This document shows, piece by piece, positions 39,816 through 51,566 of a stretch of DNA of 64,000 nucleotides; the first letter of the stretch is position 1; every line of letters begins with the position of its first letter. A program made the translations under genes and the position numbers. Below the pieces are notes generated by a model. It was given only the letters and a program-made list of their open reading frames with translations, was not told the DNA's origin and did not search any database. The stretch lies in the sequence record MN871441.1; one strand, written 5' to 3'.

Positions 39816-40649
39816 TTACCAGTGCATGAACTCTTGCACAGACTCATCGATTTTTGATTTGGGTTCTGGCTTTTTATCTTTCTTACCTTTTTCGCCTTTC
39901 TCACCCTTTTCATCTTTGTCGTCTTTCTGACCTTCGTCATCATTGAAGTTAAGATTTTCGTTTAGAGGTTTCTGATTAGGTTCTTGTTCTTTCTTCTGAG
40001 AAACCATTTCAACCAGAGCACTTACACGAGTACCGAATTGTTCAGCAGAACCAAACGAAATTCCTTCACAAAGAGTTTTAACTTGTTCTTGTTGAACCAT
40101 AGTCAGATCTTTAATAGACTCGGCGATAACAGCTTCACGTTCTTTAGCTTGAATACTTTCGGTCAGAGCAGAGTTTTTACTAACCAGATCGTTAATCATG
40201 CTTTGGGCTTCTTCCAGTTCAGCAGCTTGTTCAGCAACGATGTCAACTGCATCCTCTGGAACAACAACATGATGAGACACAAATAGTTCTTTCATACCAG
40301 CAAGCAGACTTTCAGCAAGTTGGGCTTGGATACCAGTTTCAATAGCTACTTTGTTATCTTCCATAAAGCTTTCTGCTAGATGTTCGAAATAACTATCCAT
40401 GGTTTTAATCAGTTCTGCATTCTTTGCTTCGGCAGCTTCTTGAACCAGTTCATCGGATTTAGCGGCTAGGGCTTCGATGTGCGATTCTGCGAGCTGTACG
40501 GCTTCTTCACGCAGTTTGGTTTGAAATACTTGGGTCAGTGCGTCAACTACACCCTCGCTCAAATTGAGCCCTTGCAGAGCGCCAGAAATGGCATCTGCTT
40601 GTACAGTGATATTTTTAGATTCACTGAGCAGTTGGTCTTTAATAGACAT
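39816..40649 (-). CDS. gp22: Prohead core scaffold gp22
   Basis: MSIKDQLLSESKNI, coiled coil, HHVVVPEDAVDIVAE; late promoter CCTAAATA at 40721-40728. Confidence 0.93.
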   Translation of the reverse strand: MSIKDQLLSESKNITVQADAISGALQGLNLSEGVVDALTQVFQTKLREEAVQLAESHIEALAAKSDELVQEAAEAKNAELIKTMDSYFEHLAESFMEDNKVAIETGIQAQLAESLLAGMKELFVSHHVVVPEDAVDIVAEQAAELEEAQSMINDLVSKNSALTESIQAKEREAVIAESIKDLTMVQQEQVKTLCEGISFGSAEQFGTRVSALVEMVSQKKEQEPNQKPLNENLNFNDDEGQKDDKDEKGEKGEKGKKDKKPEPKSKIDESVQEFMHW

Positions 40650-40670
40650 TGGTTTTTCCTTATTTGAAAG

Positions 40671-41396
40671 TTAACTTTTCAATGCTTCGATTAATTTTAG
40701 AATCTTTGCATCGTCTGTATTATTTAGGGTAGGTTTTTGATCGGTTTTTGATTCGTTAACTCGGTATGCGTTTGTATACGCATTAGGTGCGCTTGGTCCC
40801 CAAACAACATCCACCCCAACAGTTAAACGATAACCTTCTTGAACTTCATTTAAACCGCGAGAATTACGCTTTAAAGAACCAAGACCACGAGAACTAACAC
40901 CCGGAATCCAACCAGCTCTAATAAGAGCAGCGACCTTATCACCTTCCGCATGGTCTCCTTCTACAATACGAGCACGACCATAAACGTCATTACCTTTCCA
41001 CCAGAGCTTTTCAATGACCAAAGCTGACTTGGATGGATCTGGATAAGAACGATCACCGGGGTGATTTAGCTCACCAAGAGATTGTTTAGACGCAACCTGA
41101 TCTTTAATGTATCTTTCTACGGCTTTTTCCATTACCCGTTTTGGATAAATACGACCATTACCATTAGGAACTTCCGCTTGGAGGAAAATACCCTCGATAT
41201 AAAGATTACCAGTACCTTTGTCATCAACTGATTCAATAAGGTAACATTCTTTATTGGGAACCCCGGATTCATTTTTCTCGGTTAGATTAGTATCAGTCCT
41301 ATATTCGGTGCTCCAATGCTCAATTAAAAGCATATTTTTTGAAGGTTCACCGTTGTCTCTACCTTCCCAGTTTTCTACTAGAATATTTTCATACAT
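40671..41396 (-). CDS. gp21: Prohead protease gp21
   Basis: YIEGIFLQAEV.NGNGRIYP, GELNHP, GVSSRGLGSL, DVVWGPSAPNAY. Confidence 0.97.
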   Translation of the reverse strand: MYENILVENWEGRDNGEPSKNMLLIEHWSTEYRTDTNLTEKNESGVPNKECYLIESVDDKGTGNLYIEGIFLQAEVPNGNGRIYPKRVMEKAVERYIKDQVASKQSLGELNHPGDRSYPDPSKSALVIEKLWWKGNDVYGRARIVEGDHAEGDKVAALIRAGWIPGVSSRGLGSLKRNSRGLNEVQEGYRLTVGVDVVWGPSAPNAYTNAYRVNESKTDQKPTLNNTDDAKILKLIEALKS

Positions 41397-41398
41397 GA

Positions 41399-41875
41399 TT
41401 AGAGCCCCATCGAATGGCGCTTACGCATAGCCTTTTTATATTTCTTATTAGCTCGAATCTGAATAGACGGGTTAGCTCTTTTGGTTTTAACCGCATGTCT
41501 AGCAATTTGACGACGCTGTGACTTACTTAATCCAGTGGTTTGTGTCGCTCTACGTTTACGGGTTTCACGGTCATGGATACGTGTAACAGTACCGGCAGCA
41601 TTTACACGCTTCACAAGAACTTCATCAAGTTCCTCAGACTCTTCCAAAATACTTAGGATCGCCAATGCTTCAATCGCATTTTCAGAAATCATATTTTCTG
41701 CAATTGTCAAAGAGTCATCTTCACCAAATACAGATTTAAGGTGTTGTGCTTTTTCGGGAGCAGTTGATTCAACGCATTCAGCGATTAACGAAAGGAGTAC
41801 GTCGTACTCCAAATCGGTTTCAAGAATGCGAGAACCTTTTACTCCCCATTTGGAAATTACTTCTTGTTTTTCCAT
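41399..41875 (-). CDS. gp68: Prohead core protein gp68
   Basis: LDEVLVKRVNAAG..RRATQTTGLSKSQRRQIAR..KRANPS. Confidence 0.93.
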   Translation of the reverse strand: MEKQEVISKWGVKGSRILETDLEYDVLLSLIAECVESTAPEKAQHLKSVFGEDDSLTIAENMISENAIEALAILSILEESEELDEVLVKRVNAAGTVTRIHDRETRKRRATQTTGLSKSQRRQIARHAVKTKRANPSIQIRANKKYKKAMRKRHSMGL

Positions 41876-41903
41876 TTTATTTTCCTTATGGGGTTGTTAA
41901 AAA

Positions 41904-42059
41904 TTATTCTTGTTCGTCTTCGAAGGGGGCTAAGGATGCTCCCATCTGAACCCGCATATCATGAGTTTTAGCGGCAATACGTGAAAACATTTCAGTTTCG
42001 AATGCACCTTTAGCGGCAATAAGATCACCAGCTCGTGCTGCATTAATAAATTCTTCCAT
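41904..42059 (-). CDS. gp67: Prohead core protein gp67 (51 aa; not in the ORF track)
   Basis: MEEFINAARAGDLIAAKGAFETEMFSRI; synteny; ACTAAATA at 42073-42080. Confidence 0.85.
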   Translation of the reverse strand: MEEFINAARAGDLIAAKGAFETEMFSRIAAKTHDMRVQMGASLAPFEDEQE

Positions 42060-42084
42060 CACTCTATACCTTTATTTAGTGTTG

Positions 42085-43662
42085 TTAAAAATCAGCGAGA
42101 CCATCTTCTGGATTTGGTGGATTGAGAATTTCGGATTTCATTTCTTCCTCAATTTTCTTCGCCTCTTCTTCAATTTGTTTATCTGTCATTTTCATTATGT
42201 CTTTCATAATTGTATTATGAGACATATATTTTCCGACAATGTTATTTTGAATGAGACTACTAACCACATCTACTCTACGTTGAAGAATCTCAATATCTTT
42301 AAGTTCTTCATAATAAGAATCTTTGGCATATACAATCTTGATGTTATTCTTTTCTTCATCCCATTCTTCCTGACTCATAATACCTTTTAGAATAAGGTTT
42401 GTAACAAGTGGGTCATAGAAAATTGGGTCAAATTGGCGTTGCATACCACGAACCAATTTAGAAAACAACAGCTCATCACGAGATATTTCCCCACCATTTG
42501 AGAATGTAACACCACCAGATTCCATTGGAAGACGACTAAGAGGCAATTTCATTGCTTCATACACTTTACGGTTGAACCAACGAACGTCGTCCATTTCACC
42601 AATAGACTGAGCACCCGGAAGAGTAGAAATCTCGGTAGAAGCCTTACCATCGCGACGCATCAACCAGAAATCTTCTGTCATGCTTAGGTTATTGGCTGCT
42701 GTTTTAACCTTACCAGTTGAACTGTCATAGATAACCCGGTTTTTAAAACCTTGCATGACTTTGTTTACGTGTTCGGTTGCTTTTTTCGGTTGCATATTAC
42801 CAACGTCAATATAAAAAATACGACGTTCTGGTGCGCGTGATACGCGATATATAACCAATGCATCCTCTAACATCTTCAAAATGTTAGCTGGCTTTATTGC
42901 AGCATGTAAATGCCCTATAATGGATCTACCATCACAAGATACTTTGCCACTATGAGCATAAACCATCGCATCGCGGGGAATAACGATATGGTTTGTATTG
43001 GCTTGGTTTATATTATAAGTCGAACATTCAGTACCAGAATAAGTAAAATATTCACGATGACCTTTATAAATGCTATTACCACCTTCAACCTCTTTAAAGT
43101 TTTCTCTGTGATAATATACGGCTCGTGGGTCTAACAACCGAAGTTCTTTAATACCTTCTTTTTGGCGTTTCGGATCGATCATTTTATGGAAATAGATCCG
43201 ACTATCAACATACCAACGGCGATATAATCTCTTACCTTCTTTTTCGAAGTTCAAAAGAGACAATATTTCTTCAAATTCTTCCTGAACCCGGTCTTTAATG
43301 GATTTATTCCATTTAGTTGCATCCAGATCCAATGAAACAGTATTCTTTTCGTCTTCTTGAACAATTGCATCGTTTACGATTTCATCAATCGCATTATCAA
43401 CTTCGTGATAATTTGTTAGAGCGCGATATTGATCTATAAGTTGACGAGTTGAATTAATTTTTTGTTCAGTACCATATGCATAAGCTTGATATGCACGACT
43501 TGGTGCTGATGTATCGGTTCTATCAATAGAATTTGCACCATCGGGATTGTCTGGTGCGGAGAAACTATCAATACCCGATTTGAGTTCTATATCTAGTTCC
43601 TTATCGTCATCTTTCGCCCACGGACGAAGAAAACTTGGAACAGTAAAACGACCATTGAACAT
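42085..43662 (-). CDS. gp20: Portal protein gp20
   Basis: EVDNAIDEIVN, RRWYVDSR, LEDALVIYRVSRAPERRIFYIDVGN, EDFWL.RRDG; CCTAAATA at 43692-43699. Confidence 0.98.
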   Translation of the reverse strand: MFNGRFTVPSFLRPWAKDDDKELDIELKSGIDSFSAPDNPDGANSIDRTDTSAPSRAYQAYAYGTEQKINSTRQLIDQYRALTNYHEVDNAIDEIVNDAIVQEDEKNTVSLDLDATKWNKSIKDRVQEEFEEILSLLNFEKEGKRLYRRWYVDSRIYFHKMIDPKRQKEGIKELRLLDPRAVYYHRENFKEVEGGNSIYKGHREYFTYSGTECSTYNINQANTNHIVIPRDAMVYAHSGKVSCDGRSIIGHLHAAIKPANILKMLEDALVIYRVSRAPERRIFYIDVGNMQPKKATEHVNKVMQGFKNRVIYDSSTGKVKTAANNLSMTEDFWLMRRDGKASTEISTLPGAQSIGEMDDVRWFNRKVYEAMKLPLSRLPMESGGVTFSNGGEISRDELLFSKLVRGMQRQFDPIFYDPLVTNLILKGIMSQEEWDEEKNNIKIVYAKDSYYEELKDIEILQRRVDVVSSLIQNNIVGKYMSHNTIMKDIMKMTDKQIEEEAKKIEEEMKSEILNPPNPEDGLADF

Positions 43663-43743
43663 ATGAGTAATCCTTTTATTTTATCTATATTTATTTAGGG
43701 CAATAAAATTAAAAGGATATGGGGTATTTCTACCCCAATCATT

Positions 43744-44232
43744 TTATTCCCACCAGTCCAAAGCCATAATAACTTCAAACATTTCAACCTCAGACCCAGT
43801 ATCCCAGTCCAAAGCAAGTTCGGAAATTTGGGTAGGCCAAGTACCATAAACTGTATAAGAACGAGTGCGCTTACCAGTACGGTCGAGTTGATGTACGGTT
43901 GCTTCCTTCTTATACACGGTTGGAACTTCACCATTTATATTACGACCAAGGGATTGAGCTATATTTTGCCACTCAATAAATTGTTGACGTGTGTTGTGTT
44001 CGGTGTCATTATAGACTGTGAGTGTCCAGTCATCGAATGTACGGTCACCAGCCAGTTTGAGCTTTTTATTCTGATAACCCAGAATTACGGGTTCTACAGT
44101 TGCACCCGGCATAGAAGCAGCTTTACATTTAAATGAAAAGTCTTGCCCCATGAAAGGAATTTCAATCTCAAACAGGTTAGGGCGAGCCAGATCACCGTTA
44201 GAAAACGCACGGCTTACATCAGTAAGATCCAT
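43744..44232 (-). CDS. gp19: Tail tube protein gp19
   Basis: GDLARPNLFE, AGDRTFDDWT.TVYND, F.V..ALDWWE; CCTAAATA at 44258-44265. Confidence 0.98.
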   Translation of the reverse strand: MDLTDVSRAFSNGDLARPNLFEIEIPFMGQDFSFKCKAASMPGATVEPVILGYQNKKLKLAGDRTFDDWTLTVYNDTEHNTRQQFIEWQNIAQSLGRNINGEVPTVYKKEATVHQLDRTGKRTRSYTVYGTWPTQISELALDWDTGSEVEMFEVIMALDWWE

Positions 44233-44300
44233 TTTAAACCTCTTTGTATTCTTTAATTATTTAGGGTGGTTAAAATGGGGGATATTTATCCCCCACTCTA

Positions 44301-46337
44301 TTAGTTTTGTGGACCAACCAACTCATCGAAGTTAGCGGAAGTTCCCACGGCGGAGAAGTTCAGGCTAACATAGTTGATAGACCGTGCTGGTTTGATTAGA
44401 ATAGTTGCAACAAACTCGTTACGGTCAATAACCGCTGGGGTGTTGTTTGTCTCATCACACACGACACGGAAATCATAGATACCACCAAGAGACTTGATAG
44501 AATCTAGGTAGGAATTGACCTCACTGCGGAAAGAGTTACGAGTGAACGCATCGTTATTCTCAAACAGCTTATATTTCGCACTTTCAGAGATAGACTTCTT
44601 CAACAGGTTGAACAAACGACGGACGTTGATCCGATCGAATGGGGTTGGTTGAAGACTCATAGTCTTATCACCATACAGAATGAAACCTTGACCGGGGAAT
44701 CCAACTACTGGGTTCATACTGTTTTGATATAGCTCATCACGATGTGCTTGACGAGTCTCGATAGCCAGCTTACGAACGTCTAGGATCTGACCACGGTTAA
44801 AACCAGCCGGAGACATCCATGGTTGGGCTACTGTGTCTGTACGAGCACACAAACCAGCCATATCAGCAGACAGCGGGATCCAACGGTTGGTGTCGTTGTA
44901 TTTGTCATATTGCAGCTTGTAGTTTGCAGATGTAGAACTGTAGGTGGTTCCTATGTTCATGTTATCATCAACCACAACACCCGAATCGGTAACACCACGA
45001 CGCCATTCAACCATCTTCTTAACCGAAGTTGCTACAGGTAGGTTTACCATGTATTCGCGGGGTGGGCTGATCCAGCCAAGACAATCCTGACGCTCATCAC
45101 AGATGGCGGCAACGGATTTCTGTACAGTTGATGCAATTTCTACACCTTCACCAGCACAAGAACCGGCAATAAACAGGTTTACATCTACGTGCTCACGGTC
45201 GGAGAACATATCCCAACCTTCGATCCAATCACCGGCAGAAGCAGTCGAGTTACCACTATTACCGCCACCGAATGTAAGGATTCCGGAATATTCAGTAGGC
45301 CACGACTCAGCAACACCTTGAATAAAGGTGGAATATCCATTAATGAAGAATTCATCAACATAGATACTGGAACCGTATATATCGCGGTCATTCTCTTTTA
45401 CTGACAGAACACGAGATTCAACAGCAGAACCACCAACAAAAACAATCATTGCGAACTGGTCTTTTGTTTGTGGACCATATTCCAAATAAGAGCTTGGGGT
45501 GATATTACCAAAACTCAAACCACTTGGGAAAGTTTTCAGGTTTACTGTATTAACAGAAGAAATCTTACCATCAACACCAAACTTGTAATAATCTTTGTAC
45601 GCAATAAATGCGACTTGGATATTATCACCGGTCAGACCGGCATAACGAGAAGCAACAACCGGAATACCATAGGATTCACACATATCGATGTATGTTTCGG
45701 TCGTTTCGTCTCTACGAAGCAGGGATTCACGGGAATATTCATCATTACGGATATAAATCTTACTATCTTGACGAATACCATTCAGTACAGCCGTTGCAGA
45801 TTGACCACTACCGGGACCACCAGAGGTAAATTGGATCTGCCATCCATTTTGAAGGGCTGGGTAATCGTTAAGTTCTTTTGCCTTTTTGACTACTTCGGCA
45901 GTAGAGAATCTAACGAAGGTAATACCACCAACGGAGTTAAGTGCGGACACTTTACCAGTGGTGATAGTTGCACCATTTTGGAGAATTTTAACATCGTCAC
46001 CAATACGATAATCAACACCCGGAGATGTAATAGTATAATCAATTGTTTCAAAAAACGGACTAGAGTTACGTGCAGTATCTTCATCAAGAATACGGACGGT
46101 ACGAAGATCGTTACCATATTTCAGGAAGTTGATCGCACTGAGAACGCTATCAGCAGTTTGATTATCAGGACGACCGAAACGGTCGATAAGATCGGTCTCG
46201 GAAACTAGTTGAGAAATTTGATATGCAGGACCCCACTGGAATTTACCAGCTAGAGCCGCCCGTCCAGTAGATGAACGGGCAATAGTAGTTTGCATATTAT
46301 TCTCTTTAGCTTCTACACCCGGAGAAAGTAATGCCAT
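44301..46337 (-). CDS. gp18: Tail sheath protein gp18
   Basis: MALLSPGVE, GKFQWGPA, YDKYND.NRWIPLSAD.AG, FDRINVRRLF. Confidence 0.98.
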   Translation of the reverse strand: MALLSPGVEAKENNMQTTIARSSTGRAALAGKFQWGPAYQISQLVSETDLIDRFGRPDNQTADSVLSAINFLKYGNDLRTVRILDEDTARNSSPFFETIDYTITSPGVDYRIGDDVKILQNGATITTGKVSALNSVGGITFVRFSTAEVVKKAKELNDYPALQNGWQIQFTSGGPGSGQSATAVLNGIRQDSKIYIRNDEYSRESLLRRDETTETYIDMCESYGIPVVASRYAGLTGDNIQVAFIAYKDYYKFGVDGKISSVNTVNLKTFPSGLSFGNITPSSYLEYGPQTKDQFAMIVFVGGSAVESRVLSVKENDRDIYGSSIYVDEFFINGYSTFIQGVAESWPTEYSGILTFGGGNSGNSTASAGDWIEGWDMFSDREHVDVNLFIAGSCAGEGVEIASTVQKSVAAICDERQDCLGWISPPREYMVNLPVATSVKKMVEWRRGVTDSGVVVDDNMNIGTTYSSTSANYKLQYDKYNDTNRWIPLSADMAGLCARTDTVAQPWMSPAGFNRGQILDVRKLAIETRQAHRDELYQNSMNPVVGFPGQGFILYGDKTMSLQPTPFDRINVRRLFNLLKKSISESAKYKLFENNDAFTRNSFRSEVNSYLDSIKSLGGIYDFRVVCDETNNTPAVIDRNEFVATILIKPARSINYVSLNFSAVGTSANFDELVGPQN

Positions 46338-46349
46338 TTTATTTTCCTT

Positions 46350-48272
<1,923 letters not shown>

Positions 48273-48578
48273 TTATCCCTCAAAAACATACCTATAGAAT
48301 GAACCTCTGGGGATATCTAACACATTAGTAAATTTGATAACCGAGTTTCCGATGATATATTTGTCACCAGAAACATCATATCCTAATTTAGAAAATATAT
48401 AGGTGTATAATTCTCTAACCAGTGGATAATTAACAACTTGAACTCTAACACCATTTCTGTGTGTTAGAATATCCCACGATGTACTAATTAGATAGTCATT
48501 AAATTCCGTTCTATCTAGGTCAATATAAGCCCTTAGATGTTCTTCTGTTTTTATATGTTCTCGCCAATTAATTTGCAT
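48273..48578 (-). CDS. Hypothetical protein (101 aa) inserted between gp16 and gp17
   Basis: MQINWREHIK..RYVFEG; start overlaps the gp16 stop and it ends 3 nt before the gp17 ATG. Confidence 0.7.
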   Translation of the reverse strand: MQINWREHIKTEEHLRAYIDLDRTEFNDYLISTSWDILTHRNGVRVQVVNYPLVRELYTYIFSKLGYDVSGDKYIIGNSVIKFTNVLDIPRGSFYRYVFEG

Positions 48579-49080
48579 TTTTAACCTCTTCTGATTCACC
48601 ATCAATAACAAGAGATTGAGCCTGTGTTTGGGTTCCTTCTCTTAGCATTAGTTCAGCAGGGGTTCCCATAAAAACAGTAGCGTTTTCAATATTCATACTC
48701 GGGCTAGGAGTTTCTGGTTTATTTCCACCAGTTTTTGTTTTCTCGGCTGTAATTGCGTCCATTTCTTTATGGAGCTTAAGAATTTCCTTTGTATTAGCAG
48801 TCCACGTTCCCATTAACTGAGTGAACGCATTAACTTGGTTTGGACTCTCTGAATTCTTTGCATTCTCCAATGCAATTGCCGCCATAGCCATAATCATTTG
48901 TTGTTGTTGGTTTAATGCTTGTCTAGCCAAACTGTAATCGTCTGATAGGTCTTTTGCTCTATCTAACGGGTTGGATTCCACCGGAAGTAATACAGTTGGT
49001 TCATACACAACAACTTCGCCACCATCAAATCCGGGCAACCCAGACACATCAAGTAGACTTTTCATATCTAATTCACTCAT
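48568..49080 (-). CDS. gp16: Terminase small subunit gp16
   Basis: LDMKSLLD.SGLPG, ESNPLDRAKDLSDDY, ALENAKNSESP, NIENATVFMGTP.ELM. Confidence 0.95.
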   Translation of the reverse strand: MSELDMKSLLDVSGLPGFDGGEVVVYEPTVLLPVESNPLDRAKDLSDDYSLARQALNQQQQMIMAMAAIALENAKNSESPNQVNAFTQLMGTWTANTKEILKLHKEMDAITAEKTKTGGNKPETPSPSMNIENATVFMGTPAELMLREGTQTQAQSLVIDGESEEVKNAN

Positions 49081-49081
49081 T

Positions 49082-49809
49082 TTAATTCTCTCTTGGTTTT
49101 GATGGTTCTGGATCTACGGGGATTGGTACTCCAAGCAGAGCAAGTTTCTATATAATCCCCATTCCATGTATTCGGTGTGGAATCGAAAGGAACCACTTGT
49201 GAGTCAACGGATTCATAAGCTTCAACCGGTAAGTTCAAAGAATAAGGTCCATTCTAGACGACGACGTTCTCCCCGGTCTCCTTCTAATTCTTCTGACATA
49301 GAAACAGATTGAATTGTTATCTGAATATCTCTATTGACGGGGGTTTTACCGTCATGAAGTTCAACAATTTTGCATGGGAAGTTAGGTTGGAAATATGGTA
49401 GAATTTGCTCTACGATGGTATGCATATCAGTTTCATATCTGGTATGAATAGAAACCTCAAAAGTAAATTTCCAAGGTACTGGGTTGAAAATATTATATGA
49501 CTTATTGTTTTGGTCAGATGCTTGTCTTCCCTGCATACCTGTTTTATACTGGGAGTTATACATCATATCCACCATATGGATATTTATTCTAGGGAGAATG
49601 GTTTCACCACGAGCCATTTCACCATCATAATTGTTACTAAACGCATTGTTAAGCTTTATGATAAATCGCTCTTTTGATGCGTTTGTAATTGGTACTTTAT
49701 TATAAAACTTTTGGTCTCCCCGTGTACGTTCTACTTGTACACCGCTAAGGAGGTCCATTAGCAAAACCGTATATCTACGCATTGAGCTATTATAGAAATA
49801 TCCAAACAT
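49082..49809 (-). CDS. gp15: Tail sheath terminator gp15 (deletion/frameshift at ~49222 hides the C-terminus)
   Basis: MFGYFYNSSMRRY, EQILPYFQP, RRRLEW; the downstream frame gives YESVDSQVVP..WNG; CCTAAATA at 49836-49843. Confidence 0.93.
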
Positions 49810-49871
49810 AATTTACACTCCATATGTATTTATTGTATTTAGGGAAGCGGGGTTTCCCCCGCCTTTATATT

Positions 49872-50413
49872 TTATCTAAAGTCAAGATCACTGAATGGGT
49901 CTTTATTAGTTTGACCATTAACAAATGGTTGATACGGAGCTTCTGCAACCGGGGCACCAGTACCAATTAACACATCAAATTCTTCTACAAAATCATCTGC
50001 TTCGTCAGAAACAAAATCATCTTCTTCATATTCAAGAATCGATGTATCAACTCTTTTATCGAGTTTACGAACTGGGTCGAGTGCCGGATTCATAATATAA
50101 TCAGACGGACTAAACTCCGGATTCTCTCCATCCCCTTGTCTATTAAACAGTTCTGGGGATACAGAGAATTCAGCCTCATCATTTACACTCATACCAAATT
50201 TTGAGAAAAATTCTTGACGTCCCTGATACCCTTCAAAGTTTTACCAAATACATAGCAACCCGAGAAAGCGTTGTTGAATTTGGATTGCATATCTTCCCCG
50301 TATAAAAGGTCAAGTTTAACTAATTCTAGAGGATTCAATACTTCTTTCTTATTAGTTGAATCCTCATATCCGGAACCATCTTCTAGTCTGGCAAATAGAT
50401 TAGAATCGTACAA
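49872..50413 (-). CDS. gp14: Neck protein gp14 (internal deletions and frameshifts in this sequence)
   Basis: YDSNLFARLE, EVLNP, DLLYGED..SKF, FFSKFGMSVNDE, SPELF, DPFSDLDF. Confidence 0.85.
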
Positions 50414-50417
50414 TATA

Positions 50418-51338
50418 TTACCCCATAATAATTGGATCTGGACCAGCCAACAGAAGCAATTCCTCTCGAAGAGTCTCAATTTCTTGTTTGGCTTCTTGGA
50501 TTAGTCTAGTTCCGTCAACAGTTACTCCACCGGGGAGTTGCATCCCTTGGTGTTTAGCCATTATATTCCCCCAAACCTCTTTAACGAGCGCTGTGGACAT
50601 ATCTTTAACCCACCTGTTGTTATATACCTTCTGGTCTGGGAAATCGTTCCTTGCGCTTCCTATGATGCTTTGGGGGAGTTTCTTGTATGGGTTAGACCAT
50701 TTATTTTCTAAATCTGATGCAGGTACACCGTGACCTATTGGTAAAGCACTACCTATATTGTTAAATGCATATTCGTCAAGGTCTACGAAGTTTTGAACAT
50801 ATGCTTCAATAACCATCACATCACCTTTTTTGAGGTTGTTGTGTGTGATCTGTAGAATCCCAGATTTGGTATCAAAATCATAATCCGGTAGTGGATTTAA
50901 TTGGTCTTGTAGGAGTTTCTGATAGGAACTAAATGCAGCAAAATATCCAACGGAACCGATTGTCCCAAAAGGTCCATGGTAGCAAGAACCAACGCCACTC
51001 GTTGCTAACCCAGTAATGAAACTAGCAAACCAGTTTAGAGGAACACCACCACCCAACAGAGTCATATTACCGACCATACTACGCAGAATTCTAGTTACTG
51101 CGAAAACTGGGTATTCACTCAAATCGATATACCCGGTCATGGCTTGTTCTTCGGTTAGAATACAGGTTATAAAGGCCCGGTTTAGTGCATCGTGGTGGTA
51201 ATCTTTATAAAGTTCAAGAGCCCGCCCGATACTGTCATAGATCTGAGTTTCTGTAACCTCAATATTTATAATTGGAGCACCTAACCGACGAAGAATATTA
51301 TCTTTTAGTTCTTTAGGGTTATTACAGGTATTATACAT
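50418..51338 (-). CDS. gp13: Neck protein gp13
   Basis: NPKELKDNILRRLGAPIINIEVT, YNNRWVKD, QLPGGVTVDG; TCTAAATA at 51367-51374. Confidence 0.97.
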   Translation of the reverse strand: MYNTCNNPKELKDNILRRLGAPIINIEVTETQIYDSIGRALELYKDYHHDALNRAFITCILTEEQAMTGYIDLSEYPVFAVTRILRSMVGNMTLLGGGVPLNWFASFITGLATSGVGSCYHGPFGTIGSVGYFAAFSSYQKLLQDQLNPLPDYDFDTKSGILQITHNNLKKGDVMVIEAYVQNFVDLDEYAFNNIGSALPIGHGVPASDLENKWSNPYKKLPQSIIGSARNDFPDQKVYNNRWVKDMSTALVKEVWGNIMAKHQGMQLPGGVTVDGTRLIQEAKQEIETLREELLLLAGPDPIIMG

Positions 51339-51375
51339 TTTATCTTCCTTTAATAGTTTACAATGGTATTTAGAG

Positions 51376-51410
51376 AAAAGCCCCGAACGAATAAACGAAC
51401 GGGGCTTTTA
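51376..51410 (-). terminator. Terminator after the wac/adhesin unit
   Basis: aaaagccccg...cggggctttt. Confidence 0.85.
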
Positions 51411-51411
51411 A

Positions 51412-51555
51412 TTATTGTTCTTTATTTTTGTTAGCCTCTTTATCTTCTTCATTCTGCTTCTGTTTTTTGGTGATTGCTTCCGCCGCCACCTTAAGCAACT
51501 GAGTTAGAATTTCGAGACCTATTGTCCTAAAGAATAAAAGTACAGCGGTTTGCAT
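51412..51555 (-). CDS. 47-aa peptide with amphipathic N-half and charged tail (not in the ORF track)
   Basis: MQTAVLLFFRTIGLEILTQLLKVAAEAITKKQKQNEEDKEANKNKEQ; AAGGGG SD; fills the gap before the terminator. Confidence 0.55.
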   Translation of the reverse strand: MQTAVLLFFRTIGLEILTQLLKVAAEAITKKQKQNEEDKEANKNKEQ

Positions 51556-51566
51556 TTTAATGCCCC

